A stretch of 64,000 bases of DNA, from the NCBI RefSeq assembly GCF_036588685.1, contig NC_086376.1, positions 39,370,001 to 39,434,000 on the forward strand, in the 5' to 3' direction. Shown here piece after piece: positions 35,301 to 47,443 of this stretch. This DNA comes from Mytilus trossulus (Eukaryota). The stretch's first letter is position 1; the number at the start of each line of letters is the position of its first letter. Under the pieces are notes generated by a model, which was given only the letters and a program-made list of their open reading frames with translations, did no database searches and had not been told where the DNA came from. The translations under genes and the position numbers were made by a program.

Positions 35301-38300
35301 CGAAATACTTATCTTCACATTATCATTCACACAGATACAAAATAAATTCAATAACGTCCGTATTTAAACAGGCGGGTCGCTTGACCCAACCCCCTCTTTT
35401 GTGGGAAAAAAATTGTTGATTATATATAGGGAATCATTGGTAATTGTAAGCAATGACTATTTGTTATAAATATAACGTGTTGTACAGAAACACTTCAAAT
35501 TCTTACAAAATTTTTAAAGCTGTTTTAATATCTTCTAAACTTATGTAATTTTCTCCAAAAATATCATCAGTTTTCAGTTTTAATTGAAAATAATATGCAA
35601 TATTTGTTTTGTAGGATTTTATCCAAGCCTCTGAATCGGACGAAAAGTTGTCAGAGATATACTACAAGGAGAGTGACTTTGAAGTACTGGGAAAATCAAA
35701 GATTGAGAAATCTTTGTTTAACAAAACGGAGAGTGGTAAAGGTATAACTCTTCTTTCTTGTATATTTACAATATTTCTGGTATAGCTTTTATTTATATTT
35801 TAAATGGAAAGTAACTCTAAATAAAGAAAATCTGTCCATATATTTCAAATATTTCGTTTCTGAGTAACTGCATATGCATTTACATAGTAGTATCTGTTGA
35901 TTGTTATTTACAGACGAATACAGCTAGATTTATAGTGCAAAGATATTCAAGCTGTTCAAAGCAAGTAAACATATTACTACAATTTAGTTTCATTTATTTA
36001 ATATTTCATTTTAATAATAATTTTAGAAGGCTGTTTCTTTCCCATAAATGGCGGAATTCGAATAAATCCAGTAACACGTGGTGAAAAAAGAAGAGGAATT
36101 ATCAACATCAAAACAGGTTTGTTAAGTATTTACTTTTAGAATGCTTCAACCGACCGATTTTGAATTATATCCCGAACCGAATCGAATCGTTAAATCGATT
36201 TTCATAATAGATATTTTTTTTAAACTGAGAATGCGTTGTTAAAATTTCTGATCACACAAATTCCCTATACCAGTATCCTCCTTCTTCATACAGAAGCAGG
36301 GGCGGAGGATGATCGAACCAAGAGTTTGGAAAACCTACATTTTGAGTGAACCTAATCAAGGATTACTTCATTTAGATAAATTTCCAAATTATAAATCATA
36401 TCAGAATGAGAAGATTTGGTGAAAAAATAAGAAGATGTGGTATACATCTACGTCTCTGACTTATATATATAAATAAGGAGATGAGGCATGATTGCCAATT
36501 TTACTACTCTTATTACTTTAAGCTTGTCAATAAATGAATTCATTTTAGTTTGTAGTATGTATCTTATGTTTTATTTTATAACAACAGGTTACCAAGTGAA
36601 ATTAAAGTTGTCTTTAATGGAAGGAAATATTGGTTTTGGATGGGTCAGACAAAATCTATTCTTTAGAGGGAAGACATGGGGATTTTATTTCCTGACATCA
36701 GAAGATTCACCAACAACATCAACAATAGGTGTGCCATCAGTTTTATCCATTAAAGCTATTCCAACAATTGAAGTTACCGATTGTTCTGACGATTACAGAG
36801 GACAGGGAGATAATCCATGTGTTATAGTCCAGGAAAACGACAAGCATGAAAATTCAGAAAAGAAAGAGCAAGAAGATGCAGTTGTAGTGCCTATGATTGA
36901 GAAACTTATTGCCGAATGTATTGACGAGATTGAACTTGAAGAAAACATATTATTAGTTTGAATTGGAAAAAAACAATTTTAATTTATAAGCCAAATGAAT
37001 GTTTGAATTGTACATATAGTTTTAATTAATCTAATAAAATTTTGTTTCTGTTTTTGAAATCTTAGATTTATATATAAGAATAAAGAGATGTGATACTATT
37101 GTCAGTGAAGCAGCAGTTGAGCCAAAGACCAAAGGACAATGATGTAGAAAAACAACAGATCATTGAACGCTTTCAACAATAAGAAAACGCATATCGTACA
37201 CTAGTACAGTAAGCAAAACAAGACCGTACCATCTTCAACAGCGAGCAAAATCATTCTGCAAAGTATGCAATAAAAGGGCCAAAATAAGAATATCCTGCAA
37301 CATGATCTGCATTTCCGAACGAATGATTACAAAAATGTATGATCACATAAAGACACATTGGTTGCACCTGATGTTTGGGCACGACCCTCCTTTTTTCTTT
37401 CTTTTCTCTCTCTCTCTCTCTATTTTGTTGTTCTTTTAGTGCCAAGATTGTTTAATAAATATTTTTGGAACAAAATTATTTCAAGTGTTCTTAAGCTTGC
37501 TTATCATGATATTTTAGATTTTGCGCAACATATACATTCATTTTATTAAAGCTGAGTGTTTCCGCATAGTTGGATCTATTATATATACGTATCCCATCTT
37601 ATTAAAATTATATCTTGTCTAAAGTTTTGCAGAACATAACACGTTTACAAGTTATGTAATGCTTCACTAGGGTATTTCTTTTAAATAAGTTTGTCTTATT
37701 AATGTTATTTCATTGCTTTACCTCTGAATATCTCAATGATTTCCCGATCAGGATAAAACTAAATTTGCCAGCTATAAAAAGTATTCCTAACATTTACTTG
37801 GTTCTGATTAATTGACTTTGCAATATCTGAGTACCTAAAGTGAAAAACCTTTGAATAAACAACCAATTTTAAGTCTTGAAAAGTGAAGTTTTATACTAAA
37901 TTTCAAATACATGTACAAACATACTATCTCATTTGTGATGCGAACATTCTATGTATTAAAATTCGACAAAGAAAAGGAAAACTTGTTATCAAACAAGTAG
38001 TAACAGCTGGCTTGACTGGAATTTAGAATAATTAATTGTGTATTATTAGAGATATCATCAAAACCCCTAGAGTGTTACATGTACTAAACATTAAAAAGTA
38101 TTTAATACTTGTAAAAACTCCACCAAACAAGCGTTCAATATAAACAATGTCTTGCATAGTTATGCTTATTTTCAGATGTAACTCGATTCAATTTTTTGTT
38201 CCGGATATTATCCGATGCAATACAAATGTGTACACATTTAAAAAAAATAATGCCAAAAACTGAGGGCAAAGCAAGTTATATTTTTAATTTCAGGTCTACA

Positions 38301-39385
38301 AGCTGCTACAATATATGTATGAAACATGACACTAGGTCGACTGAAAGTCCCCGAGAGTATCAACAGCATTGTACTTAGTTACTGTCATGAAAATACGTGT
38401 TTAATATTATTAAAAGTTGCTGTTAAAGAATAGTGGCTATTATTTTAAATAAATTAATATATCTCCCTCACGCAAAGCTTTGTTTCCATGTCTAACTTTA
38501 TATCTTTGTATCATTTTTGGTTTATAGGCTCCACATATTTTAATACGCTTTGGATGTTTCAATATTATGACCTTGCGCATCACGGAGAGACATTTATTGT
38601 CGGAATGCTCCCATCTGGTGCAAAACACTTTGCACCGTTCATGTTATCAAATTTTACTGCAAGTTACAAAATAATCATCAGTCATCAAACGCCCCTAGAA
38701 AGTATAATTTGATGCAAGCAAATGAAGCGGTGACACATGCCTTGAATGGATTTCAGGATTTATTAATTGTAGGCTCAAAACCCCTGGAGTGTAAAATGTA
38801 TAATATAAAGGTAAATGTATACGTAAATCTCCACAAAACAGACATTCAACAGAAACAATTTTGAGAACGTGAGTATTCCTGCTGTATATATATATATTGT
38901 TATTTACTAAACAGAACAAGCGATTCAGACTGCATTCGAAACCATTTAATTTAATCGGATTCTTGTACTTCAACCTTAGTTTTTGTATCTTTTATTAAAT
39001 AACTATTGTAAGCTTATGAGTAATTCCTCTATGTTAAAGCAATATATGATAAACTTGATCCGACTTTCCCTGCATTCTAGTATTCATAAAAGAAACAAGA
39101 AGCAACAAAGATGATGGCCACTATAATACTTTTTTTTAGAATCTAAAGGACTTGGTAATTGCATTGTACGTATGTACCAAAATGAAAAATAACGTTACAT
39201 CAGTAGTTGTATTTCTATTGGTAATTACGTTTTAAACCAAACACTTTATTTTGGTGTATTACACTTTTGAAATTATTCCACAGATTGTTTTGAATTCTGA
39301 AACGGCAATTTGTTGTTGTGTTAGTTGTCAATGAGCCATTTAAATCATTTGTTTTCAGATCTCAATTAAAGCAGAAATAACAGAG

Positions 39386-41306
39386 ATGAAGTTCCTATTG
39401 GCCTTTTTCTTGCTTGGTAAGTTAAGGAAGACATATATATGCGTCATTAACGTAAATAAAACTGCTAAATTTTCAAGAATAAAGTTACATTTTAATGATT
39501 ATTTCAAACTTTAAACTATGACAACTGTTACGAAAACGTATTTCTACATACGGAATTTATAACTTCGTTTTTTTTTCAAAACCAAATCAATAATGAAGTT
39601 AAAGATACAACTCTTCCATCAAACCTTCATAATTTTAAAACAGAGAAGCTCTCACCACGGCAGTATTCTCGCCATTAATGAAATCGATGTAAAGGAAAGT
39701 TAATTTTTGACGGAGAAGTTTAAATTTTTAAAGTGATCAGAATTTTACCATACTAGATATAACTTGAAAAAAGTAAGTTTCCAAATGGATTTAAAAAGTG
39801 ATGACTGACGATCGAAAAAAACTTTTTTTAAGGCTGGTTATATTTGCTTTGAATGATTGTTTTAATTACTAGTAACTAAGTTTTAATTAACAGGATTCTC
39901 GTGTATTCTGGGTGACAAATGTGTTGTGTATAAAGAAGGTGAAACAATACCAAGTCTTCCCACTGGTTCTAGATATGGCAGAACGTGTCATAGTATTTTT
40001 AGAGACAGAAATAATTACTGTGTTGAATGGGATTGTCCTAAAACAGACTGCGCTGATCCAATTGTACCAGAAACAGGTTGTCCCTTTTGTAATGGTAAGT
40101 AAGAGTCGGAATATTTTTATTAGAAAATGTAACTGCATAGCTGGAGTGTGAATGCAGGTTTGCAGAAGGGAGAATAAAGGGGAGATATAAAGAATGGATC
40201 AAAATGGACCAAAATGTAAAGAATAGAGAACATGAGGTTCTAAAATATTAACAATAGAGAATTCTTGGCAAAAAATATTAAGAATAGAGAATAATGGACT
40301 TAATAAATTAAGAAAAATTTCAGAAATGAAGGACACCGATCCAAACACTCCTTTATAAATTTGAAGGAGGCTGAATGTTCATTTCAACAACAAACACAAT
40401 CTCAATTTTAGCGCCTGTAACCTGTCAACGTTACCATTTATTTAAAACTGATGTGGATAGTAGGAATAAAAAAGATGTGGTATGATTGCCAATGAGACAA
40501 CACTCCATAAGATACCATAAATGACACAGGTCACCGTACGGTCTTCATCAATGAGCTCATACCACATAGTCAGGTATAGAAGTCCCAGATGACAAATGTA
40601 AAAAAATTCAAACGAGATAATTATCGGCCTGATTGATATATAAAATAATAAACGAAAAAGAAATATGAGATACAGCAACAAACGACGGTTGTATAACTTG
40701 ACTTCTATTTAATTGTTTTAATTTTGGTATGATTTAAGAACATGTATTTCATAATTTAAAATCCCTTTTTGATATAATTTAATTTTGGATGTAACGCGTC
40801 TTCTGATTGGCTGACGTTATTATGCTATGAGCCCATAGACATAATTTAGTCATGAGACCGTGACGTCAGGAACGTTTTTTCATGGTTTTCTACGGTTTAA
40901 AATGGAATTTAGAATTAAATCATAAGAAATGACTGTAATATTTTTTCTGTCTATTCGAAATAACACAAAAAATTTGGTACACACTGTTAAATAACCTTCA
41001 TTGACAGAAAAAATATTAGTCATTCCTAAATCAATTTCAAATCTAATGTGGAAAAATTTCGAACCCTTTTATCTATGCTGAGTTCATTATTATACACATT
41101 TCCGACAGGGCTGTTCATTGTTACTATATGAGACAAACATAGTTACGAATTATTTTGTTTCAGGTACATGTGTCAATGGAGGAAGAGTATTTAGAGAAGA
41201 CGAGCATTTCACCTGCGATGATGGATGTAATGGATGTACCTGCCACTCGACCACACTTATGATGTGCTACATGCAGGAACCTCCAGAATTATGCAAAGGT
41301 CTATGA
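39386..41306 (+). CDS. Small secreted cysteine-rich protein (VWC/pacifastin-like modules); exons 39386-39416, 39894-40094, 41164-41306; 124 aa
   Basis: MKFLLAFFLLGFSCILG-DKCVVYKEGETIPSLPTGSRYGRTCHSIFRDRNNYCVEWDCPKTDCADPIVPETGCPFCNGTCVNGGRVFREDEHFTCDDGCNGCTCHSTTLMMCYMQEPPELCKGL*; two phase-1 GTAAGT...CAG introns; 375 nt; hydrophobic signal peptide; 14 Cys in the mature part; ATTAAA ~41390. Confidence 0.9.
40773..41027 (-). mobile_element. Hairpin-ended element, family Z, in intron of the Cys-rich gene
   Basis: End TATAATTTAATT complementary to internal AATTAAATCATAA (40913-40925), directly followed by hairpin arms 40926-40951 and 41003-41027. Confidence 0.7.
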
Positions 41307-42454
41307 AGAACAAAATCGAACACTTTGAGAAAAATTCTCTGAGAATGAATATCTCGTTATTCCTGTTATCATATTATTATTCTAATTTCATTAAAAAGTA
41401 GCAGCGACTTTTTCTTAATGTTTTTTTTTTAATTTTTAAATTGGAAATTGTAAGTCAGAAAAATTGTGTGTTGGATTCATGAAAGTGCATACAGGAATGT
41501 TAAACATTCCTAATATTTGTCGATTTTTTTTGGGGGGGGGCGGGCATGGGAGTATTGCATCTTACACAGATTTTGTACGAATTGAAAACTTGGGTATCCA
41601 ACAATAACATTATCAGAAGGACCCTAATTTTAAAAGAACGATGAACAAGGGCAATAAGTAAGTTTCGTTTAAATCCAAGGGAGTACATTTTTATTATACT
41701 ATTGTAGTTGAAGATCTTGGATGCAATAGGTTTGTTGTATGCTAAAGAATTGGAAGTTCTAGTTTAATGTTTGGATTATATTTGGAGACTGAAAATTGGA
41801 TACGTACACCTAACAATCATTGGATATACCAACTAAAGTTGACATATTGCCTAAAATATCTGAGAAAAAGATCTTAACTTAAAACTTTGTATTTACGAAT
41901 AAACCATGAGTATATCAATTAATATCTTAAATTAATTAACCCCGCCACATTCTGTATGTATGTGCCTATTCCAAGCCAGAAAACCTTTAATTTAGTGATT
42001 GTTGTTTGTTGTAGTGTTACATTTTTCATTTTTCGATCATTATTGTATATAAATTAGGCCATAAGTTTTCTCGTTTGAATAATTTTACATTTGTCATTTC
42101 GGAACCGTTTATAGATGACTATGTGGTGTCGGCTTTGCTCATTGTTGAAAGCTATATGGTGACCTACCGCGTTGTTAATGTTTGTGTCATTTTGTCTTTT
42201 TTGAAGAGTTGTCTCATTTGCAGTTATACCACATCTTCTTTATTGTATGCATCCCTCATCAAAACTCTGTTTCCTTGTCCAATTTTTGCTATATATTTCT
42301 GTACCTTGTTTTTTAGTTTATGTATAGGCTCCTCATATTTTAGATTCGCTTTGGATTTTCAAATAATTTGGCTTCGATATTCACCGAAGAGACATTTATC
42401 GTCGAAATATACATATGGTGCCGTTGATGTGAATTTAACTGTAAATTAGCAGTC

Positions 42455-45321
42455 GTCAGTCACCAAACGCCCCGGAAAGTATAATTTGATGCAAGCAAAT
42501 ATATCTATGACAGATGGCTTGAATGGATTTAAAAATTAATTAATTGTAAGCTACTAGTAAGAGATATCATTAAAAACCCTGGAGTGTAACATTTATACTT
42601 TGAAGATAAATGGTTTACGTAAAACGCCACAACAAAATCCCTCATCTGAAACAATTCTGAGAATGTAAGTATTTTTTTTTTATGTTTGCTGTATATACAT
42701 ATTTTGTTATTTACTAAATAGAGCAAAGACACATTCAAAACAATTTAAGCTGAAATTATCCTTGTCCCTCGGTTCTTTTTTTACCTTTTAGACAACTGTT
42801 GTCAGGTTATTGATTCATATTCGAATATTTACTTTCCTAAAATATTTCCTCTGTTTTAAAGTTCAATAAAAGGGATTGAAAATTATGGCTCTTTTGAAAA
42901 CACAATTCTATTAAGAGTACAGACAAACTGATACATTTAGAACAGTTTTAAAGCATAGCCGAACCTAGATATGTACAAGTATATGTAGTCTATGTTTAAG
43001 AAAATTAAAACCTTATTTTGCATTTGGTGTTTCTTGTTAATGCACCCTCTGCAGAAACAAAAACAAAAGGAATAGACAAATCCAGAAAAGTGTATTGTTT
43101 TCTGGAACATAAAATGCATTTAAAATTTAATTATCTTATTCCTGCCATGTCTTATAACTTTTCCAGATGTGCTTGTTTGTCTGTTCTCTGAGTAAAATTT
43201 GTGTTGTAAATGCAGCCATACTAGCCAAAAAGATATGATGAACCTTAAACAATGGGTTTAAGTGTGAAGCAATATATGAAACACCTGGTGCGACTTTCCT
43301 AATAAATCCATTTTTAAATGGGACAATATTCCATACGGAACCCCCGTGGCTGGGTTGTCTAAGTTGTATAACTATTGCAATATGTGCAATAAATTTTATC
43401 AAGACAAAAACAACTATTGTATCACTAGCCCGTCTCAACACTTATGTTGTAAGGTCAATCCCGCGCTTATCAGGTGCACTCGACACACAATGGTAATTAA
43501 ATAGGAGTGACAGTTCTCCTATCGAATGTCGACTCGTAGGTTCATTCCAAGCACTGCAGCTCACTTCGCCAATATAAATTGACCAACACGAAATAGCATA
43601 ATAATTCACATTTATAAAATTCCTCGGTGATAAAATTAAGAAAGTATGAACAAGTATGAACACACTTATGATTCAACTCCTCAAGCACATGTACACTTAT
43701 ATACTTTATTCTTTGTTTGTCTCTATGTTCATACACCTGTTATTGTATGTATGTATCCTGCCCATCAAATATTTAGAATTGAAATTGATAAAGGGATGTT
43801 TTGTACAAGCAAATGAATGGAATGTACAATAACTACGGTTACTAATGACAGAAATCAAAATTAAATATCGCAAGTATTATTAGACTTGAAAACAATTTAT
43901 CATTGAGAAAAAATAATTTGAGATTAATGATGTTTGCTGAGAATGATTGTTTTTGATAACAAAAAAAATTGTATTCACAGGATTCTCGAGTATTCTGGGT
44001 GACAAATGTGTTATGTACAAAGAAGGTGAAACAATACCAAGTCTTCCTACTGGTGCTAGATATGGCAGAACGTGTCATAGTAATTTTGGACACAGAAATT
44101 ATTACTGTGCTGAATGGGATTGCCCCACAACAAACTGCTCTGATCCTATTATACCTGAGACTGTTTGTTCTTTTTGTGAGGATGAGTATATCATATATGG
44201 GTGTGGGTAGTTTTGTGGACTAATGAAAATATCGAGACGCGCTATGGATTTAACAAACATAAATAAAATACTAATATATAAAAAAGCCACGAATGAGGTT
44301 ATCAAGTTTGATATATAACTTTTTGTGCTTCTTTGTGAAATATTTGTGTTTGTTTTTATTGTGATTATTATTATTATATAATGTTTACTGCTGTATCCCT
44401 CTTTTTGACATTTTCACCTTTTAAGTCTGTTTGTTTTGTTCACGCATCGTTGTCAATATTATGAAATTTCATGCGACTGTCACATAAGTGGGAGGTTTAG
44501 CTAGCTATAAAACCACGTGCAAGCCACCAATTTCTAAAAAAAATGGTTTTACTAAGTCAGCAATAGCTATCATTCATACGTTTGATGTGCATAATCTTTT
44601 TATTTTGCAATTTGGTTAGGGGCTTTTTGGTTTGAATTTTCCTCGGAGTTCAGAATTTTGGGGATTTTACTCTTGAATCCATGGGAATCAGCTTATTAGG
44701 ATCTTTGGAAAAAAAGTTCATTATCATACAGTTTGGTACAGAAAATGTAATGCTAGATTCCACTTTCATGCCTTTACATTTCAGAAAATTGTTAATTTAT
44801 TCAGTGCATATAATTCGTTCCTGCGGATAAATTTGCCATTGAAAATCAAGCAAATAAAATCCTTCGCGAAACACCAGAAAATTTCTGATGATGTTTTGAT
44901 AAATAAATATATAGACAAGATATACATGTACCAATCGGAGGAAAATGTATGGATAACTAACTACACATTAAAATTTATTAGGATACTGCCCAATTCAGCT
45001 TAAATTTGAGAGCAAATAAATGGAAACCAGTACGGAAGAACGAAAGGACGCACATACTAAAAAACATAATGCCCCTAAGTTGGGCATACTAAATAAAAAT
45101 TGGACACATTTTAACGCAGCACAGTTTAATTGTTACTGCATAAGCCAAACATAGTTATTAATTATTTTGTTTCAGGTACATGTGTCAATGGAGAGAGTTT
45201 TCAGAGAAGACGAACTTTTCACATTTGATGATGAATCTAACGGATGTATATGTTGCTCTCCTACATATAAGATGTGCTATTTGCAAGAACCCCCAGTAGT
45301 CAATGAAGGTCGTATATTATG
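42455..45321 (+). pseudogene. Tandem pseudogene copy of the Cys-rich gene (upstream region 42455-42800, exons 43981-44181 and 45176-45321)
   Basis: Upstream block matches 38680-39020. Exon 43981-44181 is a close paralogue but its donor reads AT (G|ATGAGT). Last exon has a 2-nt deletion and Cys losses (TGC>TTT, TGT>TCT). No signal-peptide exon found. Confidence 0.85.
43440..43665 (-). mobile_element. Decayed Penelope-like GIY-YIG endonuclease remnant
   Basis: NVNYYAISCWSIYIGE resembles the N-x-x-Y-x-I-x-C...YIGE motif of PLE endonucleases. Confidence 0.45.
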
Positions 45322-47198
45322 AACTTGTACTATCGTTACATATTATTTGAAGCTTGTTAGCGCTACGCGATAAGGCAGATAGTATGAAAAACTGAGCAAA
45401 TAAGCTGAAAAGTGGAAAATTGAATTCAGCATTAATGTTATAGGTTCTAGTATAAGGTTGTTTTATCTGTGGTTACTAGTATCGAGGAAATGATCAAGAT
45501 AAGAGCAAACTTTTATGCACTTATGGTGTCCTTAATCTCATTACAAGTTCATTGTATATATGAAATACAATCACTCACTTAATTGTTGGTTACTGAGTAA
45601 CAGGACATTATCAATAGAAATGAAGGGAAAATCAAAGAAGCATGCTGATTGTGTTTTTCATTTTCTTTGAGAAGGTTTTGTTAGAATTCTTCACATCAAT
45701 ACAAGACAAGTCAAAATAGGGGTGCAAAACTAGAACCAATGGTGATACCTAGCTACTGTCTGTTGAAATAAAACTCCTAGCAAACTGAAAAGATATTATA
45801 TCGTTTAAAAAGTGAAGCGTTTTGATTGAAACATCCACTGTATAATTGTTGGCATCATAAGGGTTCTTCATACGCTGAGATTATTAGTGAACTAATCAAA
45901 GCAAGGATTTGCAAAGTAAAAAATCTTACTGTGCAAATCCTTGATACAAGTTATTGTTACAAATATGAACACGATTTTAATTGTCGTAGACAACGCAGCT
46001 CATTTTGATGAGATGATGTAGTCGATTTGTATTTTTAATGAGTTTATTTTCAATTGAGCATGGGGACAAGTCGTGTAAAGAATAGATACACAAACATTTT
46101 GGCTGGGGATTTGTCTCATTGACATTTATACTCCATCTTCTTATATCTAATAACTGCAAAAATCTTAAGTTTTTATGATTAAAGATTTTGGAGTAGAACT
46201 TCAGAATTTTAAAGAATTCTACTTCTTAATTATTTACATTGGTATGTGATAAATGTATCTCAAATCTTTTGAAGACAATCTCACTGTAGAAAGAATGGCG
46301 GAAAGAACTCTACATGATATCACCCCTAGTGTTTGGTGGGGTTCGTGTTGTATATTTTTTAGTTTTCTATGTTGTGTCATGTGTACTATTGTTTGTCTTT
46401 TTCATTTTTAGCCATGGTGTTGTCAGTTTATTTCCGATTTTTGAGTTTGACTGTCTCTCTGGTATCTTTAGTCCCATTTTAGTAAAATGTTTAGTCAAAC
46501 ATTCTGTTACCCAATAACAGAGCAATCGTTACAAGAATATCTAGACATTCCAAATCATGATTTTTGAACGTAAAACAAATTTGTTAAAGGCTTTGTCTGC
46601 TGGAACATCATTTTACTTTTTAAGAGAGGTTGAAGCATCTGTAACCTCTGTGTAATCCCAATGTTCGATGTCCGTGTGCTCGTTGCACACTGTATATTTG
46701 AAGATTTGTATTAGTAGATTTTCAATGCGCTTCTGCTTACATGACAGAACAGCTTTGGTCAATTTTGTTCATCTGGTTCGAATTTAACCAATTTCTGGTA
46801 TATTCCTCAACTGCATACACCAGTCATTCGAATATCTTACAGTTGATGGGGTTGGGAATATATATTCCTAGCCTTTTGAGAACAACCCTCAATGTTTTTC
46901 ATGGCAAACTATTCTGGGGGTATCCTACTTTTGTATTATCTGCAGAACTATACTTTTTAGGGGACAATACACGTGTGCAATTGGTAGATTTCTTTTTACA
47001 TTCATTTGATTAAATATATCTTATACCATAGTAATTGAAGATATGGGATGTAATAGGTTTGGTGAATGTTTAAGAAATGACAGTTCTATTTTCATGTTTT
47101 GAAGTAATTCTTCAAACCTTCCAGACACGGACATATACAACTCATAATCATTCTAACGCCAAATATGGTTGACCCTTTGCTTGTAGTATCCAATGTTT

Positions 47199-47443
47199 TG
47201 ATTGATCAGAGTCTGGATAATATGATTGATCAGAGTCTGGATAATATGATTGATCAGAGTCTGGATAATATGATTGATCAGAGTCTGGATAATATGATTG
47301 ATCAAGTCTGGATAATATAATTGATCAGAGTCTGGATAATATGATTGATCAGAGTCTGGATAATATGATTAATCAGAGTCTGGATAATATGATTGATCAG
47401 ACAGAGTCTGGATAATATGATTGATCAAAGTCTGGATAATATG
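47199..47443. repeat. 24-bp minisatellite, ~10 copies (TGATTGATCAGAGTCTGGATAATA)
   Basis: Directly visible, near-identical units with two small indels. Confidence 0.95.

Larger units (their letters stand above)
26923..36961 (+). pseudogene. Divergent F-BAR + SH3-like gene (GAS7/PSTPIP/NOSTRIN-type architecture), damaged allele. Exons: ~26923-27045, 27359-27404, 32429-32559, 33162-33276, 33485-33590, 33935-34160, 34759-34865, 35174-35276, 35615-35741, 36027-36116, 36588-36961
   Basis: Phase-compatible GT-AG chain. F-BAR-like landmarks: VVW, EQYLRLRIDQYKWYCRLLKEFA, long coiled coil, FNLVDQQLTAVNIDGIVEKL, PVPEDF. SH3-like IINIKTGYQVKLKLSLMEGNIGFGWVRQNLFFRGKTWGFY. AATAAA ~37033. Lesions: no GT donor after 27404, and the 226-nt exon 33935-34160 is frameshifted. 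Start codon unresolved. Confidence 0.7.

Noticed and set aside
35914-35965. Extra exon of the long F-BAR-like gene after a good acceptor (TTTACAG)
   Set aside because: In the required phase it reads DEYS*; the flanking exons join in frame without it. Could be a further lesion but is not supportable.
47199-47443. CRISPR-like regular repeats (also 2875-3125, 6874-6991, 63004-63630)
   Set aside because: Head-to-tail tandem units without unique spacers, no cas genes, eukaryotic context.
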